The notes under the pieces were generated by a model, which worked only from the letters and a program-made list of their open reading frames with translations, had not been told where the DNA came from and made no database searches. From positions 248,001 through 312,000 of the forward strand of contig JAKMXF010000320.1 of assembly GCA_024704765.1 (NCBI GenBank): a stretch of 64,000 nucleotides of DNA. Direction: 5' to 3'. This DNA comes from Oopsacas minuta (Eukaryota > Animalia > Porifera). A program made the position numbers and the translations under genes. Positions 13,818-24,461 of this stretch are shown here, one piece after another (position 1 is the first letter of the stretch; every line of letters begins with the position of its first letter).

Positions 13818-14699
13818 CAGGGCCGTCGAGAGGGTGGGGGGTAGGCGGGGTAATTACCCCGAGGCCCGAGAAATTTTGTCTGTGAAGGTATGCATGGGCT
13901 TTATTGGCTGCATTAAGTAGACAACTAAAGGGGAGAATAAAGACATCGCTGGGCAGAGTAATACCTTTGTTATTTAATCCTTCCTAGAAACCCACTCTTT
14001 GGAAAGAAGTATCCTGATGATATTTCCCAAAACGATTTGGGAGAAGAGGTGATTCATCTTAAAGCCATCCATATTGCTAATTTTGGAAATGAATCTTTGG
14101 GTCCTCTAAATCTTTTGAACACTATAAGAAAATTTAAGTTAGATGAAATATTTCGCAATGTCTGTACTGCATTGAGGACGTTCTTCACATTGCCTGTTAC
14201 CGTTGCTTCCACCGAACGTTCGTTTAGTAAGTTGAAACTCATCAAGAACTTCCTGAGAAACACTATGAGTCAGGGAAGACTGAACGATCTCGCAATGTTG
14301 AGCATCGAGGCTGAACTTGCAAAGCGTATTGACTTTCAAGACATAATCAATGATTTTGCTATGAAGAAGGCACGCAAAGCTTTCTGTTAATTACACTGAC
14401 CGTAAATTTGTATTTTTCGGTTCTTAACTACAATAACTCTTGAATTATTAGCTTTGTAGTATTAGTTTTTCATTTATACTACTTAACACCATAAACTCGA
14501 TAGCTATATAGCTATTGGCTATTTGAAAATTCATAACTATAAGAGTAAATAGGATTTTATTTATTAAAATTTTTTAATATATATATAATACGAATGCGAT
14601 AGTTTGCCTTTTGTTTATCCACTTCACGAACAAAATATCAGAGGGTGCCCAGCACCCAAAATTATGACCCGAGGCCCGCTCGCGCTCTCGACGGCCCTG
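13818..14699 (+). mobile_element. Non-autonomous hAT element retaining the C-terminal dimerisation domain
   Basis: TIR CAGGGCCGTCGAGAG / CTCTCGACGGCCCTG. Degenerate 8-bp flanks catatgat/cgtatcac. ORF 14037-14390 contains TLPVTVASTERSFSKLKLIKNFLRNTMSQGRL. Confidence 0.85.
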
Positions 14700-16105
14700 C
14701 GTATCACTAATATGGGCCAAACTGTGCTATGTAGAGCTGAGCTCTCTATATATATCATCTCGTCCCTTTTATGGTGGGCGGGGGCGGCACTTTAAGAGTT
14801 CGCTCCTAGGGCCGATTAGCGTTACTATTCGTCAGTACCCCAGTGGCTGAGTGCGAATCTGATGGTTAAGTGATTACGGCCAAAATGTTACGCTCCCGCT
14901 CGTAACGAATATGAACATGATAATTTTGCACTTCGTTTTAACCAATTCCCGCACCCAAATCGAGATTTCATTAATTTTTGACCTCATAAAATGACACATT
15001 TTCCCGGCAGTATTAGGTTATAAGTTGATTCGATGTGATCTGAAGAGTTTATCGCTTGGGGGATGTATCGGCGAATTATCAGACAGAAACTACTAAATTC
15101 CCAGGAATAACAACTTTCCCTAAGGTTGAATTGGTAGAATATTGTACAGTCATTAGGCATGTATATTAAGCATTGGAAGCCAAAAGTTGCTTCATATCTA
15201 TAATTTCATGGTACCATATCAGTTATTTTGGCCTGAGATAGAGGTGGCAATAAAATGAAATAAACATATAGAGCGGAGAAAATCCGAACAATAAAGTCAA
15301 ATGACAATTAGAGGGTTGGTATGTGTCTAACTAGACTGAGTAGACTCAGCTAGCGGCGTCGAACGAGGTGTTTTGAAGAATGGAATGTCACATTCCTGAG
15401 ACATTCTTGCGATCCTAGGGAGAAATATCTTCAAATATGGTCATTAAACACTTGAACGACGGGAAATTTTCGCTAATTTACGAATATCGACATATAAATT
15501 GGATTCATTTAAAATTGTGCGCCTTGTATGCATTTTGAAAATAAAAACGCGGGCATTCGAGATAGCGGATGTTGACTGTAGAACAATTAACTCGAACAGA
15601 ATTTGATTCCCTCTGAGAGTTCGAGATAACGGAAGTTGACTGTATATGTGTATAAGAAGAGAAATGCTATTTATTATCGCAAATGAAAGATTCTACTGGT
15701 GTGCAGTTCCCCGAGTTAAAGGAGTTGTAACCTTAGACTGATCTTAAGTATTTACCCAGAAAATCTGTACACAAATGTGCCTATACACATTTGTCATTGT
15801 ACACAAATGTCTCTGTACACAAGTGTCGTACTTCCGATCTTCTAGTGCTGTATATATTATGGATTCATTGAAAATATTTTTAATTTTCAAAAATGTGTCT
15901 AATGTTGGACGACGTTAATTAACGGCCAAGGTTGATATAGGGTGATTTGAAAATGCATCTATAGCTAAACTAATTTCTAAAACTTGATTTACGTATGACT
16001 GTGCCAATTGCTTTTATGACAAATCGCACAGTTCATGTTTTCATAAAACATATAGAGATTTTGTAATGATAAAATTGTTACTGAGGTGTATTAGATACCA
16101 TAGAC

Positions 16106-17089
16106 CAGTGGTACTCAAACTGGGTCCGCGGCCCACCAGGGATCCGCGAGGAGGTTGTAAGGGGGCTGCGGAACGGTAATGGAAAGTGATTTACGAAAAT
16201 TTTACTCTTTAAAGTTATTGTTATTCCACACAACTTCTACGATATTATCGGAATTCTTTTCGCTTTCGAATAGTAAACAAATTCCACTTATTCCACTTCC
16301 CAGAATGCTATTTAGAATTACGTCACCCTGCAAACATATAATATTGTGTTTGCATTAAATGTAAACAATCATCCTCTGTTATGGATATGTAGAGCTTCCA
16401 TTGATATTGTTTAAGACAGGGGTGGGCAAACTATGGCCCGCTTGTGAATTTGAACCGGCCCGCCTGGCTTAAGTTATTTGAGTACTCTAATTATTTGATC
16501 ACTGTCGTAATCTTCCTTACGCAAACGGAAATTTCGTCCCATGGAAAATTTGATTAAGTGTCCTAGGAGATGTATAAATTGCCACAAAGTGAACTTTCTA
16601 CGATACCTACCTGACCTATTAATGAATTCGTTTTTAGTTTTAATTAAGTGGTCGTAGGTCAATAAGCCTGCATAAAAATTTGGGATTAGAATGCGGTCCG
16701 CACAGAAAAAAGTTTGCCTACCCCTGGTTTAAGAGGTTCTTACAGGTATCTCTATGTAGTGCAAGGCAAAAAAACTTACATAATTGGCGAACAGCTTTTG
16801 GTTGGTTGCCTTGGTGATGTATGCCGAGAAATGTTGGGAGAATCTGCAGCAAAGATAACTGCTCAAGTTCGACTGTTAAACTACACTGTGGCTAGAAGTG
16901 ATCGATCTTGCTTGCGACATGGAGGAACAGCTGATCGAACAAATTAAATCAGCCAATTGTATTCTTTGCAGCTGGATGAATCTACTGACGTAGCAAGATT
17001 GGCGATTTGGTTGTTATATGTTCGTATTGAACATTGTGGTGAAGTGAAAGAAGAGTATCTATGTTCGATATCATTGCCTACAAATACCA
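16106..17089 (+). mobile_element. 5' part of a hAT/Buster element, truncated at the Transib/RAG1-like end
   Basis: Left TIR CAGTGGTACTCAAAC after ccatagac. Remnants include GKK.YIIGEQL, CREMLGESAAK and LQLDESTDVA...VKEEYLCSISLPTNT, ending exactly at CACAGTG (17090). Confidence 0.8.
16417..16726. mobile_element. hAT MITE nested in the hAT above
   Basis: Perfect TSD GTTTAAGA. TIR CAGGGGTGGGCAAACT / AGTTTGCCTACCCCTG. Confidence 0.9.
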
Positions 17090-17125
17090 CACAGTGTGGC
17101 AAAATGGCCATAATGGGGAAATAGG
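17090..17125 (+). repeat. Left TIR: perfect RSS heptamer CACAGTG + 16 nt + ATGGGGAAATAGG
   Basis: Read directly from 17090-17125. Confidence 0.85.
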
Positions 17126-17395
17126 TAAATTAATCTGTAATATCACCACAATTATACTTACATATACTAAATCGACACTGTAGATTTCAAAAATACCAAT
17201 GATTTTTTAGTAGCACGACTATAAACCTAGTTATGACGTAATTACTGACATTTTCTAAATTTTAACACTTGTGGTTCATTAGTGAGGATATTATGAAAGT
17301 TGATAATACATGCATGTCATGGTCTCTATTCTGCTATTTGATAACGTACAATTTAAAGACCCTTAATTATGTATGACTATTGGATATACTTATTA

Positions 17396-19511
17396 TCATA
17401 AATCATCTGATAGTATACTATTATATAATATCTCTTGGAGGCTATTTGCAACGTCTCTTTTCTTCTTTGCGTGCATCAAACGATTCTGTACTAAGATGGG
17501 GTCACTACAACATAACAACCTGACTAAAATATCTCTAACATTATCTGTGAAAGAAGTCTTTCTTGCAAGATTCTCCCGATACCGCCTTACAAATTTATTG
17601 CAGAATTCTAAACATTCCTCAGAGAGATTCTGTAATCCCTTACCATTATTGTAAGCACCTATTAACTGAAACGAATGGGCAAGTAACTTGTGCAAAGATG
17701 GAGTGATGCTTGCCCATGGGTACTCAACTAGAATAAATTCGTATGTTTCTTTGCACAATTCTTGCATTTTGTCACAGTTAATCAAGTCACCACTGTTGAG
17801 GAGTCTTAACAAAACATAGATTTGTCTGGATCTTCTCTAATGATATTTTATCTGAAGGATTAATGGAAGAAGTGGCCCACGTCAAAAAGTCTCTCTTATT
17901 TAAAAAGCAGTCTCGCGCAATGTTACCAGTGGTTGAAGTGCCGCCCTGGCTTGAAGGGATATCGACACTGAAATTACATCTTTCCTGGAGTATAGCTCGA
18001 ACCCGTTTTATGGAAGAATTTACTTTCGAGTTTGATGGCGCCCATACCTTGTGTCCTGCATCAAGATGGTATATCAACAGCATGAACCACCTGAATACAC
18101 AAAGGTAAGCATGCAAAGGAGACGCAGTTATAATATCGATGTTAGAAGTTGGTTGATGCGTAATACCAACACGTTGATTTGATGGGAGTTCAAGTAATCT
18201 TCTTCATCAACCTCTTCAAAAAGTTGCCGAGCGTCGTTAATTAATCTGTTAATAGGGAAACCAGAATGGGCCCATTCTAAACTTTTAATTTGGCTATCCG
18301 TTGCAGTACACAGATGACAAGAAGCCCCACCAGCTCCATCCAGCAATCCTGCCATCTTGGTATCAAAAAGGGAACGGACTATCTCGACCTGTGCATGACC
18401 TCCAATAAGAGATAACCCATCCTGTATGATATGGTCTGTTTGAGGATTGACTATTGTATTCATGATAAGCTTTACACTAGAATAATCTTCTTTCAAAGCT
18501 ATCAGTGCTACTGGCCTAAAGCAGAACGGAGAGTTGGGTGAGCTGTTATAGAACACGCCATTTCCAAGTGTGTCTGTAATTGATATTACTTTAGATCCGA
18601 ACAAAATGAAAGTTTTTGTGCTTAATACAGAATTGTTGCTTTGTTGGTTATAGGTTTGATGACAACCGGAGCCATCCAATCCATCAGATATCTTAATTTT
18701 AGTGGGTAGTGTGAATCAGGAACTGGGTCTAATGTTGAAAGCAAGCGTTGAATGGTCAGACTAAGGATGGAATGATAAGAGACGCAAGTCCCAATTGACA
18801 ATGCTTCGGGGTCTCTGACTATTTCCATTTCATTTATTAGGCTTATTTCCCTACGATATTGCGAGACAAGCTTAACATCACCTTTGAGAATTCTTTTCAG
18901 ATTCGTGTATTTACTCGCCCCAATTTCTAAGTTGTCCAATATATAAGCAAATTAGAGTTTTGTACTTTGTTCAATACACCGCTAAAAGATCCCTTATCAA
19001 TTATTTCTCTGCACATTTCTGAAGTATCACGGTTATAGGATTTATTTGAGACTAATTCTAAAGCTAGAGCGAGTAGTTGTTTAGGCTCAATCTTTTCTCT
19101 CTCTGCTAAAAAGTCCACATGCTCTAAAAGAACACCAAGTCTCGATCTGGAAGTCTTCATGTGACATTCGAGAATATGCTTCCGGGATTCAGTTACAATC
19201 TGTTCTGAAAAGTTTCGATTTTCAGAATCAGTGACTAAAGAAGAAAATTCAGGATCAAGCGATAATCTCTTTCTCGGATTGGATATTGTTAGATGAGTAG
19301 AGCGGAAAATCACGTTATCCCATGTTTCAAGATCCTTCCTGCAGTAAGCCTCTCTGGATGTTAGAAGTGATTTAAATTTGAAATGGAGAGTAGCAGTTTC
19401 TTCATCGGATAAATGGTTGTTCTCAATAAGTTTCCTAACAGAGACTGTAACACTTCTTTCATTCGAAATATACAAATTATATGCCTCATTGTTCGTGATT
19501 AGTACAGACAT
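17396..19511 (-). pseudogene. RAG1-like/Transib transposase, ~705 aa after repairing four single-base frameshifts
   Basis: Joined ORFs give RKHILECH..RSRLGVLLEHVDFLAEREK (NBD-like), KISDGLDGSG (D, 18674-18676), RSLFDTKM (D, 18362-18364), SCHLC, QRVGITHQP...SPLH, TPSLHKLLAH and LSEECLEFCNKFVRRYRENLARK...RLLCCSDP (E, 17606-17608). These are collinear with RAG1 core motifs CDGMG, GYDEK, CTLC, KG...P...LH, HKTLAH and SEGNESGNK. Confidence 0.9.
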
Positions 19512-20157
19512 GATCCGCAAAAGGGCTACTCTAACATAGAAACGTTATGATATATGGTTGTAGAGTATTGGAATAACTAATAACCAGCAAAATATAGAAT
19601 TTTACTGAAAAATTTAAAACGTATGAAAAATATATTTTCGGATATTTGTCCGATCCGGACAATGAATGACGTGATAAATTTTTGGGCAGCTTTTGGCAAG
19701 CCTGGAAAGTGATTAAATAGTTGACTATATATAGCAACATTATGTATATAATAATAACGTTTTGTCAAATTTTGTCAAACAAGAGATGCTCCACTTCAAT
19801 CAATGAGAAAAAATTCCAAATTATAACTTCGGGAGGGCCAAACTAGACACCCGGAAAAAAGTACAAATGAATATCTAGACTAACCTATCAATGATTAAAT
19901 TGTTATTACAATATAGATCTATTCTCAGAAGATGTTTTTCACTCTTATATTTAGTATTTACATCAAATATGATTACATACATTAGGGCATAGGAATTTGC
20001 GGTTTGAAAATATATATATATATCTATTATTAGAAACACATAACAAAGTTGGCGTAGTTAGGGTTCCTAACTGCTTCTAATGCTGGCAATGATATTTTCC
20101 TACTAATTGAACTATGGAGAATTAAAAAATGCATTGAAATATGTTTTTTAAAATATG

Positions 20158-20184
20158 CCTATTTCCCCATATTGCCACAATGTG
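20158..20184 (-). repeat. Right TIR: CACATTG + 7 nt + ATGGGGAAATAGG
   Basis: Reverse complement matches the left TIR at 16 of the first 18 positions, then realigns after a 9-nt gap. Confidence 0.85.
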
Positions 20185-20400
20185 CGTCTTGTTCCATTCC
20201 AACTAACTCTTAGAAAATGAATTTGAAAGTAGCTATTATTAGAATGAATAACATTCTTAAATATCATGAGAATATTCACTTCACTATCTGTTCATAGCAC
20301 AGTCATGAGCAGCTAAAATTCTGTATCTAAAAACAATTATATGATTTCAACTATGATGAATTCAGAAAATACGACTTTCTTGGAACTTTGAATATGAAAA

Positions 20401-20434
20401 TTTTTACCCTAATCAGCCATGTTTTCCCACTGTG
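20401..20434 (-). repeat. Additional outer Transib-like end with perfect CACAGTG heptamer
   Basis: Reverse complement CACAGTGGGAAAACATGGCTGATTAGGGTAAAAA matches the left TIR at 22 of 34 positions without gaps. Confidence 0.6.
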
Positions 20435-20462
20435 AGATACCCAGATAGGCCACTGCCTAGAG

Positions 20463-20584
20463 CAGTGGTTCTCAACCTGGGGTCTGAGGCCCTAAAAATG
20501 TATTCATTATGTTTATTGGCAGGGGGTCCGTGGACACCATAAAATGAACCAAAGGTCCGCGTAAAAAAAGGTTGAGAACCAATG
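20463..20584. mobile_element. Short hAT MITE (122 bp)
   Basis: TIR CAGTGGTTCTCAACC / GGTTGAGAACCAATG. Degenerate 8-bp flanks gcctagag/gtctaaac. Confidence 0.8.
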
Positions 20585-20618
20585 GTCTAAACTCTAAGGG
20601 TATAGATATCAAATATAT

Positions 20619-20960
20619 ACTAGGGCGGTTCGCTTGCTAGGTCACTGCGCCACAGCTTAGTACCTCAGGTTAGCTTAACTATTAAGCAACGAAATTTTAG
20701 TGCTTTTGGACGCTACGCGACGGGGTATACTCAGCACTTTGTGCCTCGAGTAACAATATAGAAGAAATTTTAAAATTTTATCATCCCTGGTCCATCCAAA
20801 TTACATTTAATGGACTTCTGTGGTGACACTGGAGATGCTATGTCTCTTTTGGTAGTAATCTCGGCACTTTGTGCCTCAGGTATTAAGAAATTCTGAAAAT
20901 TTGGATTTTTTGTACAGTCATGATGACGACTTTCATGTGATTTGGCTCTTGTAACATTCT
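20619..20960 (-). repeat. Dispersed repeat, possibly a non-autonomous Helitron 3' end
   Basis: Inverted diverged copy of ~59820-60170 (gcactttgtgcctcgag, gtgacactggagatgctatgtc, cctcaggttagcttaa). Both end in a GC-rich stretch followed by CTAGT. Confidence 0.55.
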
Positions 20961-20976
20961 GACTAAATTATATATA

Positions 20977-23446
20977 GGGATTACTTGTATGTCGGCGGCT
21001 TACATTGTCTGCTAGCCGACAAATAAGGAATTATGGCCGACATAAGGATTTAACCAACTAATAAGGATTTAGCCGACATATAAGGAATTTTTCTAACTTC
21101 GTATAAATTGACTCGAATTTATCCATATATGCATAATAATTCGTATTATCCAAAATCGTGGTAATCCTGAAGGGGAAAACGTATATTTCTAGCATACAAA
21201 GGTATGAAAATATTGCTGCACTTATTTTCATGTATATGATAGATTTTGTTCCGACATCTTGAATGATCCACATTTTATCATAGTTTAGCGATTTTGTACG
21301 TCTAATATGCCCCAAATTGACAAGTTCTACGTATTATACTTAATTAATTAACACTGTTAACGGGCTAAGCCTTTTGGAGATTTTTGAGTCCGAAAAGGGC
21401 TGAAATTTGGCAATTTTTGGGCAAATTTGGTTGAATTTCTGGTTCAAAAAGGTCATTTTCTGATTGAGACATAGTAACTCAGTCCTACCATATACGGATA
21501 ATATGTATTATATTTGTGCGAATTAAACTATAGCTTCACAAAATTATTTCCTCGATTTTAATTCATGTTCTCTAACCGGATACAATGAAATCGAACATCC
21601 AACTGAAATGATTCCATACTGCTCAACTTTTTTGCATGTATTATATGACAAGAGAATTCAATGGGCATCACGATGGACCTGGCAACACCTCACGTTGGGT
21701 GCTCATTCCACACAACGTTCTGAATCCATTCACTCAACGATTAAACAATTTTTAAATGCACATACTCTTCTTACACATCTCGCGAATAAAATTGATGAAA
21801 TAGGAAGACCCTTTCAGAACAAAATGAAGGACGTACATCCCGGTTAGCGCTTAAAATGGCTACATACTATCCAAACATCCGATAGAACGAAACCTTAAGT
21901 TAACACCATTTGCACTGGCGATTGTAAAGTCACAAATTGATCAGTGCATGCAATATAGTGTTGATGCCATATTTAACGTTGGCGAAGAAAAGATTTATTA
22001 AGTTAGCTCTATTGTCAGAGACTCAGGTAAGGAAGAAGTTGTAATAATATAGGGCACTAGAACCTCTCTTATCCGGGTAGTGCCGGACCCTAGGGTGCCC
22101 GGAAGTCAGAATTTTCCCGAATCTGAGAAATAACATTAACTCTATGGGAGAGCCAATCAGTTGGAATCGGGTCCACTTTTCAGAACTGGACCCGAGAAAG
22201 CCGACCCCGATTCCAACTCTGGATCCAATTATACTCAATAGGATAAATATCGATATGGACGGATATAGCTGTTATGACGGTTTTTAGTTACAAAGAAACC
22301 CGTTAGATATGAAGTACGAGTAAAATAGCTCTACTATAAGGAATATTTACTGAAAATAGAAAATGGTCGGATCAATTTCAATCCTTTTGGAAAATTGGTG
22401 CCCGGTTGAGGGAGGTACCCAGATATCGGAGTCCAGATAAGAGGTTCTAGTGTACGTATAATAATTTATGCTAATTCAAATATGTATTTTGTCTGTATTC
22501 TAGTTGAAAGAGAAGGATTGTCGGGACGTACCAACAAGGAGAAATTAACATCTATGGACCTCGGGTTATCGAAGGTTTTTGCTAAGTCCAGTCGTAAGAC
22601 AACGTTGACATCTTGCACATGCTTATTCCCATCATCATGGGGTTTACCATGTTGTCACATGCTTATTGTTTATCATCACGAGAAAATAACGACTATACAC
22701 GACAAAGCTATAGTCGATTTCTGGAAGGTAAGCAGCCATTCGAGACAGCACAGATATTTTTGCAACCGCACTCGGTTATATCAGAATTACGTAATGACTC
22801 GCCAAATTATTAACGTTGTGTCCTTGTGTTCTCTCAACTATTAATATATCGTCTCATAATAGATAGAGAATCAAGCAGATCACAATTCTAATATCTACAG
22901 CTGTATTGGTAGTCACAATGTAATAGAATTACAAGAAAATGATCAAATAATCCTATCCTAACGAAAGACGAAAGGTATAACATACTAACAACAGAATTTT
23001 AAAACGTTGCTTATCTTGCTTCACTTGACCATTCAACTTTTTCGCTTATAAGAGGTAAATTTGCCGAAATGGACCAATTGTTAAGACCTATACCACAGGA
23101 AAGTGGAGCAATTATTCTAAGTATCGCAACAATCCTAAATCCTAGACGTGTTTGATCCAAAGGGCGCGCTTCTAATAAAAGGAAACGGAGCTTTAACGAT
23201 AATAGGACGAAGAAAAAGAATACAGATAAATACAAATTAAAATTTGGTACTTTGTCACAATGTAATAGTTGTCGATACTTTCTCTAGGGTAGCAATATAA
23301 CACTCCTTATAATAATCATTATGTGTTCCTTATAAATCCTTATATAGTCCATATCCTTATATGTCGGCTAAATCCTTATATGTCGGCCATAATTCCTTAT
23401 TTGTCGGCTAGCCGACAATGTAGGCCACCGACATATAAGTAATCCC
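20977..23446 (+). mobile_element. MULE element with FAR1-like/SWIM transposase remnant
   Basis: Perfect 9-bp TSD TTATATATA. ~110 bp TIRs starting GGGATTAC with gccgacatataagga subrepeats. Remnants include HSTQRSESIHSTIK and SWIM CTC...GLPCCH. Confidence 0.9.
22055..22452. mobile_element. pogo-like MITE inserted in the MULE
   Basis: TIR CACTAGAACCTCT / AGAGGTTCTAGTG. TA on the right side only. Confidence 0.75.
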
Positions 23447-24461
23447 TTATATATATATAATGATTCAAGAAACTTTCAAAACTCTAAAATATTCAGAATT
23501 GATACAAAAATTGTTTCGATTATTGCGTACCATATAAATATTTACCCTAAACGCTTTTAAATCAATTACATGCTCATTAGACTCATACCTCGCCACATTT
23601 CTAATATATTTTAGCTGAAATTATACCAGGGTATAATCTATCCTAGCTCAGAGTATAAAGTCAAGTAGTAACGTAGAGTGCCACAGGAGCAACTTACTTG
23701 TCCACAATGTAAGTAATGTGCACGCCTTAAATCTTTATCCATTATAAATATACAAGACAACAGCTCGAATTGTGAGTTAAATACCTTGGAGGGACAGCAA
23801 AGACCTCTTATTCACTAATTTAATGCAAATACGCTCGACTCGGATAACGCTTTAAAATACGCTGGTAACACGATAGTGGGAGACTTTATACGTTGTAAAG
23901 TCGGTACGAGTTTGAAACTGGTATGAGTTTACTTAAAAATACAGTAGAGCCTCCGAACAACGAGGCCCTTTGGGAACAGAGTAGTCATCCGCTGTTTAGA
24001 GGTCGAGCCTTATATTAGCTAATAATACTTTAATGCACTAATAAAATAGTACTGTTGTATGACAGATTTACTTCCATGACAGTTTTATTACCTCTATTAC
24101 TGGTATCATGGATACTCTATATCCATGACAGAGTCTACTACCTTACATGACAGAATTATTACCATGTGATCATGACATGAAATCGTATAACTCAACTCTT
24201 AGATCTTATCACACTGATAATAATGCATTTTCAATGGTTCTTTGTTTCTGCTCTAGAGTTTATTAATAGCAATTTCTACTCACTTCGTTTATTTCGTAAT
24301 TGTTACTTTTACTCAATATGATAGCAATTTATATTCTAAATAAAATGTGAATTTGATGAATTACAACAGATACGTTAGACAATTAACTGATCATCCGGAC
24401 ACAACGAACTCAGTCTAATATCTATATAAAAATACGTGGAAGAAAACAATTGATACGAAAG

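Larger units (their letters stand above)
17090..20184 (-). mobile_element. Transib/RAG1-like transposon with RSS-like terminal inverted repeats
   Basis: Left end CACAGTGTGGCAAAATGGCCATAATGGGGAAATAGG. Right end (reverse complement) CACATTGTGGCAATATGGGGAAATAGG. One internal RAG1-core-like gene. No matching 5-bp TSD (tacca vs cgtct). Confidence 0.85.

Noticed and set aside
17787-18960. Introns or programmed frameshifting explaining the split RAG1-like ORF
   Set aside because: Each break is repaired by a single base with continuous homology and no room for an intron; four programmed slips in mixed directions is implausible.
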